From Dicyema japonicum (lineage: Eukaryota; Animalia; Dicyemida), in contig RDEW01000011.1 of assembly GCA_011109175.1 (NCBI GenBank), positions 807,061 through 871,060 on the forward strand: 64,000 bases of DNA. Direction: 5' to 3'. How positions within the stretch are numbered: position 1 is the first letter of the stretch; each line of letters begins with the position of its first letter. Shown piece by piece: positions 1-15,400 of the stretch. A program made the translations under genes and the position numbers. A model generated the notes under the pieces. The model saw nothing but the letters and a program-made list of their open reading frames with translations, did no database searches and was not told the DNA's origin.

Positions 1-59
1 TTGTATTACAGCTTAATTATAAGCTTGAACATGAGAGGAAAAAATATGGTTATATGCTA

Positions 60-290
60 TATATAAGGCATGGCATTGATATGTGACAATGCATCAATTC
101 ACAAGAGCGAGCAATTAAAAATGTTGTATTCGGAACTGGTATCCAATTGATTTTTGACGTGTATGGGGTATTGTATTTTTTGCCTCCATCTTCAACTTAG
201 TCCAATTGAAGAGTTTTTTTCCGTTTGGAAAAATAGAATCAAAAAGAAAAATTGTAGGAACTCTGAGGAATTAATAAACGCAATCCAAAA
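60..290 (+). mobile_element. Degenerate Tc1/IS630-like DDE transposase fragment
   Basis: Translation gives ICDNASIHKSEQLK, then LQLSPIEEFFSVWK, matching the DNASIH and SPQLNPIEE motifs of DDE_3 transposases. The fragment is broken by a stop and frameshifts. Confidence 0.7.
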
Positions 291-299
291 CATCCAAGA

Positions 300-830
300 T
301 ATCCAAAAGTCTCCCTCTGTGTATAGAGTCAAAAGCTTTGGACATGTCCATGCCAAGGATGCCAATAGCCCCTTGTACTTTTGATGTGTTGCACAAAGCC
401 ATCGATGTCCCCAGACCACATCAGCTGTAGATCTCCCTGACCTGAATCCGCTTTGACCGTGAGAGAGAAAGTTCTCGATGTCAGATCCAATCCTGTTCAG
501 CACTATAAGTGATAGTGTCTTGCGTAGAGTCGTCAATATTACGATGGGTCTTAAATTCGTTAAGGGGCCTTTAGCTTTGCCCGGTTTTTGTAGTGCAATT
601 AGTGTGCCATTACCCACATCCAGTGGTTAGTTGTATTTGAATGTTTTGTTATATATCTCAGTTAATAGTTCAGAGATCTCGGTCGGTGAATATTTGAGTA
701 GTTCTGTATTTATGTTGTCAGGGCCAGCAGCTCTATTGTTGTTCAGTTTGTCCAGGGCTTTTTTTGTTTCCAGAATCGTTATCGGAATATTTAGTTCTCG
801 TGCTTCATCATCTGCCCAGAAGTGAATACC
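300..830 (-). mobile_element. RTE-clade non-LTR retrotransposon, reverse transcriptase N-terminal fragment
   Basis: KALDKLNNNRAAGPDNINTELLKY...LQKPGKAKGPLTNLRPIVILTTLRK...QSGFRSGRSTADVV, followed by a frameshifted LGMDMSKAFD. Confidence 0.85.
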
Positions 831-1040
831 TCGTTCCGTGGAAAACCTCGCATAACTTTGCCAGAGGTTCTACACAAGGACCTGACCAATGTAGGACGAA
901 AGCTGAAAACAGGAGATGATCTGGATACGCTCAGAATAACTGCCTGTAACCGCGGAGCATGAAGGAAGTTAGTTAAGAGAATTGTGGAAGAAAGAATAAC
1001 CTGAAGAAAAATACGGCACAAGCGGAACCTTAATTAAATA
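830..1040 (+). mobile_element. RTE element 3' end
   Basis: FRGKPRITLPEVLHKDLTNVGRKLKTGDDLDTLR is homologous to the RTE C-termini at 31912-32169 and 50640-50790. Confidence 0.75.
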
Positions 1041-1329
1041 AATTACATTTTTGGTTTTTCGAAAGTGCTATTAATAATAATAATAATCCAAAATATCGGA
1101 GAAATTCCATCAGATGTGTGCAATAAATTGTAGAGCCACATGCGGAGCTATTTAGTTAAAGCATTGGCTAATGAGGAAATTTAATTTACAGTTTTTTTTA
1201 ATTAATTATAAAATTGGTTTTTTTAATTTGATATTTGACAAAGTTATTAAATAAATAGGAAAACCATGTATTAATGGCTTTGTTGTGAACTCAGTTGATC
1301 TGGTGACGTGGCTCTGCTACACATGTCTA

Positions 1330-2790
1330 GATAACTCATTACACAATCGAGAACTCAGACTAATGACGTTTTATGTACGTGGAATATCGAAAGATTCGAC
1401 AAAGAAAGTACTTTGTGACGATTTTGAGAAATACAAAATATCTATTGGCTGCCTACAAGACGTGATGAAACATGGATCAACTACCGACTGATTATTTCCC
1501 CGACTAAATGCAAGCACTACGGATGGGATTTGCCTTACACGTGGATTACCTCAAAAACTACATCGCTATTGGAGAGTCAACGACCAAATATGTGTCCTAC
1601 ATGTCAAACTACATGATTTATTCCCGTCCAAGAGTCTATTAACTATCATAAATGTCTATGTACCACAATGCGGGCGAGTAGTCGAGAACCCTGGTGAGCT
1701 CTAGGAATTCTACTCAGAACTATCAAGCACATACTTTAATAACTCGTCTCTTGTCTTGTTTGTGGGAGATATGAATGCAAAAACCGGAATGCGAATGGGG
1801 CCCGAAGAATCCTTTATTGGAAGACACGGGCGCGGAAGGAGAAATGCATCTGGAGCCTCTCTTGTGAACAAATTGCCTTTTCCTGTGCACACGGCATTCA
1901 CGCACTCAGCGCGCCATAAGTCAAGGTGGCACGGATTAAGGAAAAACTCTGCTGGAAAGACCGTGAATACATAACCAAATCGACTCTGCCGAAAGTCTAA
2001 TAAACACCTGCTAAATGATGCACGTTTCTACCAGGGGACAATAACTGACAGTGACCTAGGATCGTTAGTGCGGAACTGTCTGTAAAAAAGCACATGACTG
2101 GGAAAAAAATATATTGAAAACGCCGAAGAAGGCGCATGACTGGGAAAAAATATGGAGAAACCGGAATCATAAGTATGAACTTTGTGGGATCAAACAAAGC
2201 AGGTAATCTCCAAGTTGGCTGATATATGCCTTGGAGTTCGAAATCATCACGCCCTAAAATTGGATCACCACTCGAACGTGTCAGATATGGCAAAGTATTG
2301 CAGAGAGCTAAAGCTAAAAGCGGCTCACACGTCAGACGAGAGTATAAAAAGAGCTTAAAATCCAACAAAGGGAACTAAGATGGAAAATCAAAAAATTCGT
2401 GGGAAACCCAGAAGAAAAAGCCGAATTAATTGCATGTCACTTTGAAATGTTGCTGAATACAGACAATGAGGAATTTCCTCCTTTCCAGTGAGAACCTAAG
2501 GAATTAATGAATGTCAGCACAGTGGAAGAAGTTGAATCAGCTCTAAAACTAAAGAATAACAAGAGTGCTGGGTCAGACAACATAAGCCCTGAGCTTTTAA
2601 AATATGGGCCAAAAAACTTATGAAACAATTGCAAAAACCCTAAATGACATCTTTGAAACTTATACCCATCTAGGACTAGAAATGGATTATTAATACCCAT
2701 ACAAAAACCGAACAAAGCTAAAGGACCAGTAGAAAATCTCCGTCCGATCATACTTCTCAAGTCGATACGCAAGGTGCTGGCAAACATTGC
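1330..2790 (+). mobile_element. Degenerate RTE retrotransposon (APE endonuclease plus RT start)
   Basis: APE motifs LMTFYVRG, IGCLQD and FVGDMNAK; RT start KSAGSDNISPELLKYG and KPNKAKGPVENLRPIILL; multiple stops. Confidence 0.85.
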
Positions 2791-2795
2791 ACTAA

Positions 2796-3440
2796 GTGGA
2801 TAAAGGGTGTACCGGATCTATTCCAGTACTGTTGGAAGCTGGACTGGAATTAAATTACACTAAATGCAAAATTTACAATTACGGACTTTCAGAAGAGAAG
2901 TATTCAAAAGCTTTGTCATGTTTGGAAATTTACTGCCTGGAAGTATTTCCACACCCAATGAAGAACTTATATTCCTCGGATCCCCGATCACCATAAATGC
3001 AATGGGAAGAGCTATGCGTGAAAAACGACTGTTACTCGGAGAGACTTTGGATTGCTTGTGTCTACTTGACATGCGTTATTTCTCCTGAAAAACAGTCTCA
3101 ACGTACAGATGCTTGTATATGTCCTGAGGACTGTTCCCTATTTTTCCCTGTGTGACCAACTCGCACAGATTAACGAGATCTTCCATATGACAGCGGAACG
3201 TATCTTCAACATCCGGTTCGAAGATTACTCATGGAAGCAACGACGCTGGGCGTCTGGTTCTCTTGCGACTGCGACGCTGGAATTCGTCTAGGGAATCGGA
3301 TCGCTACACGAACAGGAGACCCTCGTGAGCGCTGCTGGTTATTTGAGCGAATCTCGCTCACCATCTGGAGGGAATAGCCAGTTTAGCCGCTATATAGCCG
3401 TTTACTCTCTTTTCTTTCCTTAATAAAAATTTGGTTAAAA
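2796..3440 (+). mobile_element. RLE-type (CRE/R2-like) non-LTR fragment, internally deleted
   Basis: GLELNYTKCKI...LIFLGSPI...LVYVLRTVP (RT thumb), joined to LGNRIATRTGDPRERCWLFERISLTI (restriction-like endonuclease C-terminus). Confidence 0.6.
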
Positions 3441-3481
3441 AAATAAATAAAAGACAATAAACTATATTAAATTACAAAAGT

Positions 3482-6400
3482 TCAAACAGGAGTCACCAAT
3501 TCAAACCATTGTCTCAACGAGTCTGACAAAACAAAAGGTAGACAAGAAATATCCCTCAGCACAATATAAAACGGGAATGGGAACTCATCCATATAATTCA
3601 GCATCCTAAGGGACCCATCCTCTTCAAACACTGGCATCTTAATATCAAACACAGAGTCCTACAACAAGTAATAACATTTACATTATTCTCCCCAGAATCC
3701 AAGGCTATAAAAATAGGGAGAATCCCCTTATCAATGCAATTCTTCACAGCCTTTCTAACAGTCTCCCTCCCCTCAGAGAATATCCCATGGGCATCAGATA
3801 TCACAAACAACAAACGCGACACATCTAATGCAACGGTCCTCGATTCTGTGGAGGCAAAGTAGAAGGAAAGGTCATCCAGTAGCTAAAATAATCAAAACAG
3901 ACACCTTAGCCACGAGGGTTTTATTCTGCGAGAATGAAAACTTTCCGAAGAGAGACGAATCAAGCCCAGAAGAAACAGGAGAAGCAAAGTCATGCACAAT
4001 CTTGACTTGCTCCCCAAAACTACAAATAACCCACGTGACCACCTGCAGATAGACAAACTCCCACTCTCAAGCAAAGTGAGCCCCTTATATATAGTAAGCA
4101 TAGACTCAAAGGCCAACTACTGTTAGATAAGTAACATAACCTGCTTGGACTTATTGAAGGTCATGCTGGAGGAATCGTCAATGGCGAGACAGATTCTGTA
4201 CTGTCTCTGTGATGGCTTGGTCCTCCTCAACCAGATCTTATCCTTTCTGAACCCACTGGCTATATAGGGGATAATCTTTCTCATATTGAGCCTCCTTCCA
4301 GTCTTAAAGTCTCCCCTGAAGTAAGTCACGACAATAACCTTAATCTGCTTCTCCCGGAAGGTTCCAACACATGGCGTAGCTTCTCGCACAATTCCTGGGC
4401 AGGTCGTTCAGTCTGCCTGTCCAGTTTCTGCCACAAAGAGATATCACTGGAGGCCTCCATACACTGCTGTATTCTCTCTCCCACAGCCTCGTCAATATTG
4501 CAGCCAAAGCCGGTCAAATCGACAGAATTTTTGGCAAAAAAGTCAGAATTAAATTTTTTCTCTTTAAGTTCTCTATCACTCTGTTCAAGTGGTTTATAAT
4601 CACTCAAGGGGGACATGTTCTCAAGACTTTGCGGACATATTCTTTCAGAAATTTCCATTCTCTGTTCATCTACAACCTCCTCACAGTCCTCATTAGGCTA
4701 TAATAATCGACAATGACCAACCGTTATAACTGGAAGGGTTTCCTCATTGAATTGGACGCATTCATCCATTTCAGTTGCAAAATCAATAATTTGACGATCA
4801 TTCTTGTCAGTTTGATCATCCCTGTGCACGTGCTGATAGCTATTCCCGGGATTTGTCTGCTTTATCAACAAATATATACAGAATTTTGATGAGGACCAAT
4901 ATCTGAGACTCTGCCTTTCGTCAGTAATTGGTCGTCGACCTCATCCTTGGAGAGACTTTGTCTGTCCGATTTTGGATTGAAATTTCCCGCCAATTTATCC
5001 GCCCCCGATGCATTTCCAGCCTCTTTGGAAGAGATATTGGCATTCGAACTGAAGTTACCCCCATCATCACACTCAGCATACCCCATCTTAGATTCCTTAC
5101 ATAAACACCAATCAAATACAGTCTCCTTATCATCAGCACAGTGAGACGGCATATTCTCAGTTTCCTCACAGACGCCTATCTCATCCTTTCTAGCATCATT
5201 ATAGCCTGTCCTCGGTTTTTGATCATTTTTATCAGCCTTTTCATTATCTTCAGTATAAAGAACATAGCAACCATTATTATCACTCTCCGGTTCCTTGTCC
5301 TCATCCTCTCTAAGAATATCCCCTTCTTCGTCATCAACAACGTCATCGGGGGCAATCGAACATTCCTCCTCTTGTATTTCATTCCGATCCTCTGCTTCCT
5401 CACCACCAAACGAATCTCAATAAAACACAGAGCCAACCCTGTTCATTAGAGCCTTCATTATCCAAATTCAATGACAAATCATCCCCAGAGACATCCTTGT
5501 GCTCCTGATCATACTCAGTCTAAGTAATTATGACTTGATACCTCATCGACTTTACTGTTGACGTCATCAGATACATCACACATATCATCCTTCTCTCCAC
5601 CCCCAAGGTCCTCAACATCCTAAACTAAGTGCATAGGGCTTACCATAGAGCCTTCCTCGTCATCTGAGGCCCACAGTTTCCTATCTATATTGTCCACATC
5701 CTGGCCTTCGAGGTCACCCATTTCCTTGTCCAATTCATTGGCGTCCACACCATCCTCATCACTGTCGGAATCATCTAATTATGACGAATTAGCAGAAAAC
5801 CAGGCAAATCGCACTCATCCCCCATAAAATCCTCAGACATCTCGATTGCGTTATCTTTAGCGGTCTCAGGTTTAGTCGAAGAGTCATTTTCACCCAAATT
5901 CCCCACCTGGTCTTCATCCTGAATTTGTTCAGTCACATCCTCCTGTCCAGTTCCTTCCCCCATTCCAGCCACTTCAGTGTCCCCAAAAGACACCCCTTCG
6001 TCTTCATCTTTAATTTCCTCAGAAAATTCCTCAGGCAAACAGAATCCCTAACAATCAAAAGCAGAACTACCTTAGTCATTAACTCCGAGAACACTTTGAG
6101 GACCACAGACACCAACTTACAAGTCTTCATATGCAATCTCAGTCGAATAAAGAGCGACAAATGCAGGAGGTAGTCAAAGTTATAAAGCAGTTTAGTAATC
6201 CTCGAGAACTGGGGGAAATTCTCATCTTTGTAGAGCACCATGAAGCGTCCAATAAAGTCAACAATCTGATCCTTCAACTGGAAATTAAATGTTAAAATAC
6301 TGAATCGGCAAATAAATCATGGAATTTAGCCAAATCCTGCTCAAATTTGATGACTCCCTCAGGATCCTCCACTTCCGTAGCGTTTTCCATCTCAATAAAC

Positions 6401-9400
6401 TCAATGGCTGGCTTAATGAACTCCTGACTTCGAACGACAATCCTCTTTTCAAATTCGTCACAAATATCATCCAAGTCTCCTCCGCTATTCACTTGAACAG
6501 GCCTCACTGCCTCAGTTTCCAAAGTGATTCGATCGACAAATAAAGTCAGGTTCTCAGTCATAACGGGGGAAGTAGCAACATACTCATTCGACAACTTCCT
6601 CAAAATACCACAGCACTCTCCAACACATGTGAGGACATCATTAACAATATAAACCAAATAACTGCCAATACAAAATACTGTATACCCAGCGATGTAAGGG
6701 AGAGCAGCAAAACTACTCTGTTCCTCAGAATATACCTTCATCTTAGCAACCAGAGCAGAATGAGCCGCCTATTTGTTATTAACCCACACAACCTTGATTT
6801 CTCTGTATCTCATGGACAAATTGTCGCATTTACTATATTTCAGTAAACACTCCAAGGATTTCATACAATTAATCATGGCTAGAGAGACTGATTCGACCAA
6901 AGCGACAAATTCAGTCTAACATAAGCAATAAGAAAACCTTGCACGGAAACTGGTAAAAAATAACCGAATTTGTCTGAGAAATTTTCCTAAAACACTCAGA
7001 GATGCGTCTAATAACTAAAATCGCGAGAATTACCTCAAATAAGCAGAATTTTTAATAAAGCTGACAATAGAGGATCGCTGCCTCAGAATGGTAGTCATCA
7101 TATCCGCAGCAAATCCCTCACATCGTGAGTTTATGTCACGTGTAATTGTCTACATGTGAATTAGCACATTATACCTCAAATGGCTTACAGAGGCTGTCAG
7201 AAAAGGTTGAATACCGACTTAGACAGCAATGAAAGTATTTATAGGAATGATCCCACAATGAGCTTATAGACCCATAGTAGCACGTGCTAAGTTAAGCTTA
7301 TGACCACAAATAAACCTATTGAGGAATAATTCCGAGAGATTGCAATGGTCCAGCATCATAAAATCCTCAAATACATTTTTCTTTATACAGAGCCCCCTTT
7401 TGAACGACCAATCTAAAATTCAACAAAAACGTCCACCAAATGCAGAAAGCTGCTGGAATAGGTTATAAAGTCCAATTCGCTTTTGCTGGTGTATCTGCCT
7501 TGCCTTTTGCTTCCTCTCTTCCTTACAATCAATCTACCTCATAATTACATAAAACAACCGTCCCATAATCTACCATTTCGTACTCCGTCATAGCCGTCTG
7601 TATATCCCCTACATTATTTAGCCAAAATAAACAAACCATTAAGGTAGTCAACGGCTGTAGTAAATGAGCCAGAGATATTCTCATAAATATTCATTAAATG
7701 CTTATTCATCTTCTTGGAGTACAGATTATCATCAGTGAGCTAAGCTTAAAATAAGGCAAACAACTTGTTTTATGGGAGGGAAATAGGGAGTTGAGAAGTG
7801 TCAGAATTGTCGGCGTATTTGTTGAGAAATGACCGAGTAGGTTTGCTAAGGGCATTCTGGGAGTATTAGGTAATGTGATACTAGATATCTCTTAGAGAAT
7901 TTCTGAATCTTTCGTTTGGCCTTATCGAGTGTTTCCTTATACGTGAAGGCATTACTGTCATTCCACTTTGAAATTTTGATAAAATCCTAACAATCATCAC
8001 TCAGATACCTTCAGTTCCCTCTCAATCGGTTCCCTGCTTTCATAAATGGACTTTTCAACAAATTCAGCAAAGAATGAATAGTAACTGTAACAGTTGTGGA
8101 TTATATTCAGCAATTTATCTAACATGTGGACACAAACAAACCTGTCTTGACAGAATCAGACATAAATGACCGACAACGCAGATAGAATAAATACAAAGCT
8201 TTCAACTGCTTAAGCCGACTGACAAACTCGCCAAGATTTGAGCTTTCACAAAACATAATTAAATTCTCAATCAATTTTTCAGATGAAAATATCTAAAATG
8301 ACTACAAAAAATACTTTATCGGAAGAACAGATAAATTCTTCGAACACTCCCATCAACTGAAGGAAAAGCTTGTTGGAATCACTCGACACCTTCCCGTCTA
8401 CGAAAACGAGTCGGTTTCGCCAATTTCTAAAAATCAGACAAATAACAACCTCAGTTCAATCTTTCTCCATTTTGTGAGCAGTTGGTTTATCCCATTCAGT
8501 TCATTCTTCAAAGATACCGACTTACATGCGTATTCCTCCCATTCCTAAAAATAACAACAAATACCACCTGTGAGCACTCCAATAATAACTCCAGTCCAGT
8601 GGAGAACTTCACTAACGGTTCAAAGACAGAGAATGACTTAATCCTGTTGATAATCCTCACCAACTGCGTTCATTATAAACCAATACCCGTAAGAGGGAAG
8701 GATGGTCGTTGTATTCTACCAACAAAACGTCTATCCTATCATTCAGTGTTTCAAATAAAGAAACAAGCTGCCTCACTTGGTCAACATTAGGATCAGTGTA
8801 TATATTATAGTCACGTGGCAGCTCATCCTTAGCATTTTGAGTACACTGCTTGTCAAATACCACCAAATGGGAAAAAGAGAGGTGAGAATCCAAGCACGTG
8901 ACTTCAATAAATAACCATGGCAACCAATCTCAGAAGGAATGTGAAGGAGGACATCAGAGGTGAGCTTATAGTTACTGATAATCGTGTTGGTGAGCTGTTC
9001 CATAATGTTTACGTGGGCAGTCTCCTCGAATGAACAGAGGAAGGAGACAATCTATAAATTAAAAGTCACTCCACTTTATTGATATCTTTATGAGACATAT
9101 TAGCACGTGGTTTGGTAACATTATCATTAGTTTTTGTCGTTTCATCAAAGCACTAAATTGATGATAAAATATAACCTCCATAAAATCAGGGAACGAACTC
9201 TTAACCTCATCATCGTCGATTTCTTCAGATAGACGATCATCTCCGTAAGACTTATAAACATAAAGTGAGTCTTCACGTGCTTTATTGTCCATTTCAAGTG
9301 CCTGATCCTCCCTCCATTTGGCCATAAAATATTTGAAGACGTCGTAAAGCCCATGGGAGTAAGACAAGGTACCATTGCTGACAATTAGTTTCAATTTTAG

Positions 9401-12400
9401 CCACTCAATCAAACAGTTGACAAATCTACAATATACTACAAAAACATACAGTGAACTATTCACGTGTTTTTGAATCCCACTAATAAAATAAGAGGACGAA
9501 TTGATGAGATCGATCAAGCCACAATCACAGGGCATGGGGGAGGCAGGGAATACAGGCATAAACATCCTAAGTAAATTATCCTTCACAAAACGCGTCTTAA
9601 ATTAGCACAACAACAACCTCCACTCCAAATTTGGAGACACAAATAATGTCACATTCCACTGGCCTTAGTAAATGTTCTACAGCAAACAAAATCTAAATAA
9701 ACACGTGAGCATACCATCTCAATAACACCAATCCAGGGGCAGACACATCTGAATACTCATAATATTTCTTCTTAAATTCATAAATAAAAGATCTGGTCGA
9801 CCTCACCAAATTTCTGCAACGGTAGACATTTTCAGGTGTGATTTGCCTCATGAACAGTGCCATAATAAGATCCTCCAGTACGGAAAGATTGAATACATTG
9901 AGGATAAAATTCTTGGCCTCTTCCACCAAATTATAGTACTAGGAGTTACAAGAATAACTACATTTATAAAATCAGATCGATATTGTAGCATTTCAGAATA
10001 AGATGAGACATTATTCTGCATATTCGCATGAAGATTGTACAAGAATGAGGCGATTGGGTGAATTTTGTGAAGAAACTCACCGACATTTCCACTTTTGGGG
10101 GTGAAATTTGAATACTTCATAAAAACTTGGTAGAATGCATAAATTTTTCCTCCCTAAAGTTCAATGGTAACAGAAATACCATGGACTCGTAGAATTTAAG
10201 GAAGTTTTCATTCAAATAGACAGGATCGAATGACTGTTGAGGTCTCAGAAGAGGCTCAAGAAACAATCCAAGGTAGAATAACGAAAGTAGTCCCCTTTTA
10301 TCTGAAAAGTCAGTAGTTTGGTAATTTTCAACGAAATGGTCGTAATATTTATTCTGTGACACAGCCTGCGGCAACTTTCCAGCATCGATATATTGCTTTA
10401 TCGCCTCGATGGAGGACTCATCAGATAGAAGAGGTTGAAAGCCAATAATGGTTCGTTCCACAATTTGCTTTAATCCATCCATCAAAATGCATCTTTAAAT
10501 AGATAAAGAGTAGAAACCTTTCAAAATACTCACGGGAGACAATGACACTTCCACTGTCAGCAAAATAGTGGGAAAGTGTCTTACAAACAAATTGACATTC
10601 ACGGTAAACACCCAATGAAATGTCAAAATAGCCTGTGTTTATGTCATACCGCTTATTATGGAGTGATGACAATAATGACACGATTGATGACGTCATCGAC
10701 AAATTGGACCCACTCGTAGTCTAAATCATGTAAAAGAAACAAACCCCATTTCTACAATCGTCCGCCTGAAGGCCAATCAGTGAGTAATAGAGTTGTTGTC
10801 TAAGGTCATTAATATTGTTATTATTGAAGACAAAGTTATTGACATCAGCAGACCACAAGACATCAAGTAAATCATCACTCTATAGTTATAAATTAAAGTT
10901 AGCCCAATAGAGGCAATCATAGAACAAATCAAACCACCCAATATCATAATGGGGGTGACATATTGTTATAAGGCAGTGATCTTTTGGGTTTATTATGTAG
11001 AATTTAATGTTAAAACGATAATCATGAACCAAAACAAGCCACAAGCAACACCGAATAAAGGCAGTACTTTTCGACTCAGATTCCAAGTCTTCGGAATTAA
11101 CGAAGGACATTATTCCCAAAACATCTACAATAGAGGATATACAAAACCTTGGTAATTACGGGTAAACAGAGAAGGTAAGCTATCAGCCATCAAAGAGAAA
11201 CATTTCTTTGACCACAATAGCACACGTGACGTCTGGGAAGATTCAGAGCAATAATTGATCAATTTTATGACTGAATCAGATTCAGTCTCAGTCTTTAAGG
11301 GTTTTGGACTCCCAAATGCCTCTAAAATCTTTCCTTGTAGTAAAGAAATGTCAGTTTGGTGGAGTATATAGTCTTTTTTATAATAATCCACCAACAAATC
11401 GGGGGACATGTCACTAAAATAATGTCACATAAATAACCAAATAACAGTATGGAACCCCGATGTATACAGAATCAACCCGAGAAGATATCTTCTAGTACAA
11501 ATTGGTGTAATCTCAGCCAAGGAAGGAAGCTGAGAGACAACGTAAATAAGACAAAATATCCACTTCACAGCCTAAATAACCAAAACGCAAAAACCTGTCC
11601 AAACTCCGCCAAACCAGGCTTATTGCTATTTTCCACTAAATTAACCAAAATCTCGTTGATTTTGACAATAAATTGGTAAAAGTCACAAAATTGTTCATCT
11701 AAAAGTTAAAATAATGAAAACCATAAGGCCTCTTAAATTCTTGTAATGTCATTCTGAGCTGAATGAGGCAACAAAGAAGGTGATATCTACCAATATAAGA
11801 TACAACTACCTGTAGAACACGCGTTCATTCTCATCAAATATTGTTAAATCTGAGTTCTCATGAGGTGTTATTTTCAATGTGGGGTTCATATTACAGTCAA
11901 TACAACTCAACTCTTGAGAATAAGGCACATAATTAAACCTTCAAATTGATTCGTTGGCAGTGCAGAGAAATTAAAATTCTTAAGAAAATCCTCAATTGAT
12001 GAAACAAGCCATGTTACAAACTGATTTGTTCGTGGCAAAAACATCCTCATCAAATCCAACTCACGGAAATACGAGAGTCGCCCGAAAGCCACGAAAATGT
12101 GCTGTAATAGCTCAGTCCTCGATCCCAAGGAAGTGGTGACGTTGTCAGCTCTAGGAACAGTAAATTCAGTTAAGAACCTCAAAAGTTGGTAAAGTGGGGA
12201 TATTTTCCGATAAAAAGTGAAAGTCGAGCTGTCCATTAATATTTCATTAATAGACAGGTCACCAATTTCTTCCTTAGAAGACAAATGAGAGGAGATAGAC
12301 AACACAGAGTTAAGATAAACCTCCACACAACGGTTTCTCATTGCACGTGACAGTTCTCCATTATTTGATGGATTAACAGTGAGGAATAAACTACAATTAA

Positions 12401-15400
12401 AAGGCAGAAAACCGAAAATTTGGATGTCGTTTAATCTCGACAATTTCCCCGTCAACAGATCCTCGTTCATTCAACTGAAGTACACCATTTGGCTCAAAAA
12501 GTGAGTTCAAACGGTCGAGAACAGCAGGACTACAATATACCAACCAACAAACCTGCACAAATTGGCGTTATCAAGTAAAACCCAATGTCCCTGCTTAACA
12601 GCCCTTATTAATGAGCTGTCGACCCAATAAAATTCCCCTGCAGAACTGATCTTACTCCCAGAGGTAGAGAACAGTTTTGACTGTAACTGATCGATCTTAA
12701 CTCTCAAGTCACTAATTAGTTTATAGTCGAAAGGGTCTATAGTGAACAACAAAACTACCAATATTCCCATGATGCTCATTATAGGTAGAGATAAGCTTGG
12801 TGGTGACCTTAATTAAATCGTTTCCGCTATTCAACAGATTCCAGAGACGATTGGGGTCAAATTTTCCGTCTGAAATTATAAAAATGTTAATATACCAAGT
12901 TTACTGAAATTATCCAGACATTTAAGCATCTGAATCACTTTCAGAAATTTAACATCATCAATTAAGCCAATGGCAAAGGACTTTGACAAAATTCGACTGC
13001 ATTCCGAATGACCCTGATGAATGATGGCAAGAGTCTCCTCTTGGAGGTTAAACTATTGTAATATTAGAGAAAACCTGCTCAAATCCTCCAATCAAATCAG
13101 CCGTGTCGGTGGAATTGTCTACCGTAACAATTTCAAGTTTTTCTCCACAAAGAAGGGAGAGTAGCCTTATGAGTGACGTCTTACCAGAATTCTTACTCCC
13201 ATTCTGAAGAAATAAGCACAATATATACAAGTGAGACGATCCAGTCATTCTGCACACAAACAGCCAGCAACTGCAAGTGGTATATGATAGATTTGTTCAT
13301 CATGAAATCATTCTGCGCATTATAGGGGAAGAATTGTCTTCTGGGGAGCACTGAATCCCCAAATTGAACAAAACTCGACGATATCAGAAAAGTGCTGACT
13401 GAACTATCGCAAACTAAACAACGCCCAAATGTTTGACTGAATAAATCTCCAATCTAGTCATAATAAGCAAACAAATACAAAATTTATGTCATCCTCACAA
13501 CGAAATCGGCTACGGTATATCAAATCCACGTAAATATCAAGCAAATCAGGAGATTTGACAAGCAGTTCACACATACGGGTTAAATCTCTTAAGTTAAACT
13601 CAAATGGGCCTCCAATCAGTCCCAAAGTCTTATCAACATTGACCATTCTATTAATCTAAGGATAACCCCATAACAACAACAGTAGAATTGAAGGCAATCA
13701 ACTGACTTAAAAGAGACTCAGAGAGGTAAGGAAACATGGTAGAAAGTATGACAAAATAGTCACCATCCACCAATGAATGCACATAGACCTATAATCAGTT
13801 AGGAGTAAATATACTTTTGTGAATCTATTTAGGAATGACTTTGGGAGTCCCTTTCGACCTCCACCAGTGATATGGGGGTTCACACACCCAAATATAAAGC
13901 TTTCATTTCTATTTAAGTAAAAGGTCTTGTTCAATTCAGGGATGAATATCTCCCCTCTGTGATCCAAGCAGGCATTTAATCCTTCAAGGACAGTTTGGGG
14001 GGCCAAATTAATCTGCGCTCAACAGAGAGAATACCTCATCAAGGATAATCCAATCTCCACCTTTAAGGGCCTTCAAGAAAGGTCCGTCTTTCCACTCGAA
14101 AACCCCCATTTTCCCCTCAACAGGTAAATCACAACCAAACAAGTCCGCAACATCCTAAATAAACAGAATATAATACAGTTTGTTCAGAAAGATTTATTCT
14201 AACTGATTTGTGACCAGTCGCCAATGCCAGAGCCATCAAAATACTGGTCTTCCCCACGCCTGGCATCCCCTCGAGTAACAGTGGTCTACTCAGCTGCATA
14301 GAACGTAATATCTTTAGTAAATTGTAAGCAACAGTGGGGGCTCCAAACTCATATGGTACTGAAATACAATTCTCACGGCCTACAATAACACAAGCAATCA
14401 CCAAATTTAATGGAGTACTCATCAAAACCAAAATATTCGTCATTATGATGAATTTTGGTATTAAACTGATCAAACTTTGAGTACTCAAAGGAGAGTAGAT
14501 CACCCATGATTGGCAAACTCCTAGCAATGAATGTAAAGCAGTCATCAATAAAGGAATGTCTGAACTGATTAGTCACATCTACAGTATAATTCACACAATC
14601 ACCATAGCTTAGTGCGTCAATAAATACAAGACAGGCCCCGTGTAGGAATAAACGAATAAACGATGATGCATCACGACATTTCTCATACATAATATTCATG
14701 AATTCAGTCCACACCAGAATGTCTCTAATAGTAAGAGCAACACTAAGATATTAACATTGATATAACCATTTGTCCTCCTGATCCACAAAGTCAAAGACAT
14801 TGGCTATTAAATCCTCCAATGGTCTCCCACAGGTGGCTTGGAAAGATTCTAAAAGGTTCCTGGATGAGTTATGGCTGGCAATCAATGTTATATCGTCACG
14901 GGAGAGATAACTTGGGCACCAAATTTCCGTGAAACGGTTCCGTAAGGCGGGGGATAACTAACATTATTCAACTGATTACCTCTTTCTTCCCAAAGTCCCC
15001 ACCAGGATTCATAGTAGCCAATATACGAAAAAGTGGGTGGGCCTCAATCAGTTGAGACGACGTTCCTACGTTATCTGAACCTTTCTCGGCCAATACTAGT
15101 TTTCTGTCCACTTCAAGGACCGAATTAATCCTCTCCAAGACCGAATCATCAACCAAAGATATTTCATCCAACAGGAAAACCCCACCATTCCTCAAAGCAG
15201 TCACGAGGGGCCATCCATCCAATCAAACAACCTCTCATCACCCTTAAATAACAACACAATAATACAGGATCCTCACTTCTGACTGGCCGAACTGACCCAA
15301 TAAAGTCATAAGCCTCTGTGTTCATGTGACAGCTCACTGAATGCAGGGGAATGCGATTTGCCAGGGCATATAGCTGGCAGATTGTCGTCTTTCCACATCT

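Noticed and set aside
5141-5449. Hydrophobic plus-strand ORF (and similar ones over 4900-6600)
   Set aside because: It is the antisense shadow of the midasin D/E-rich region.
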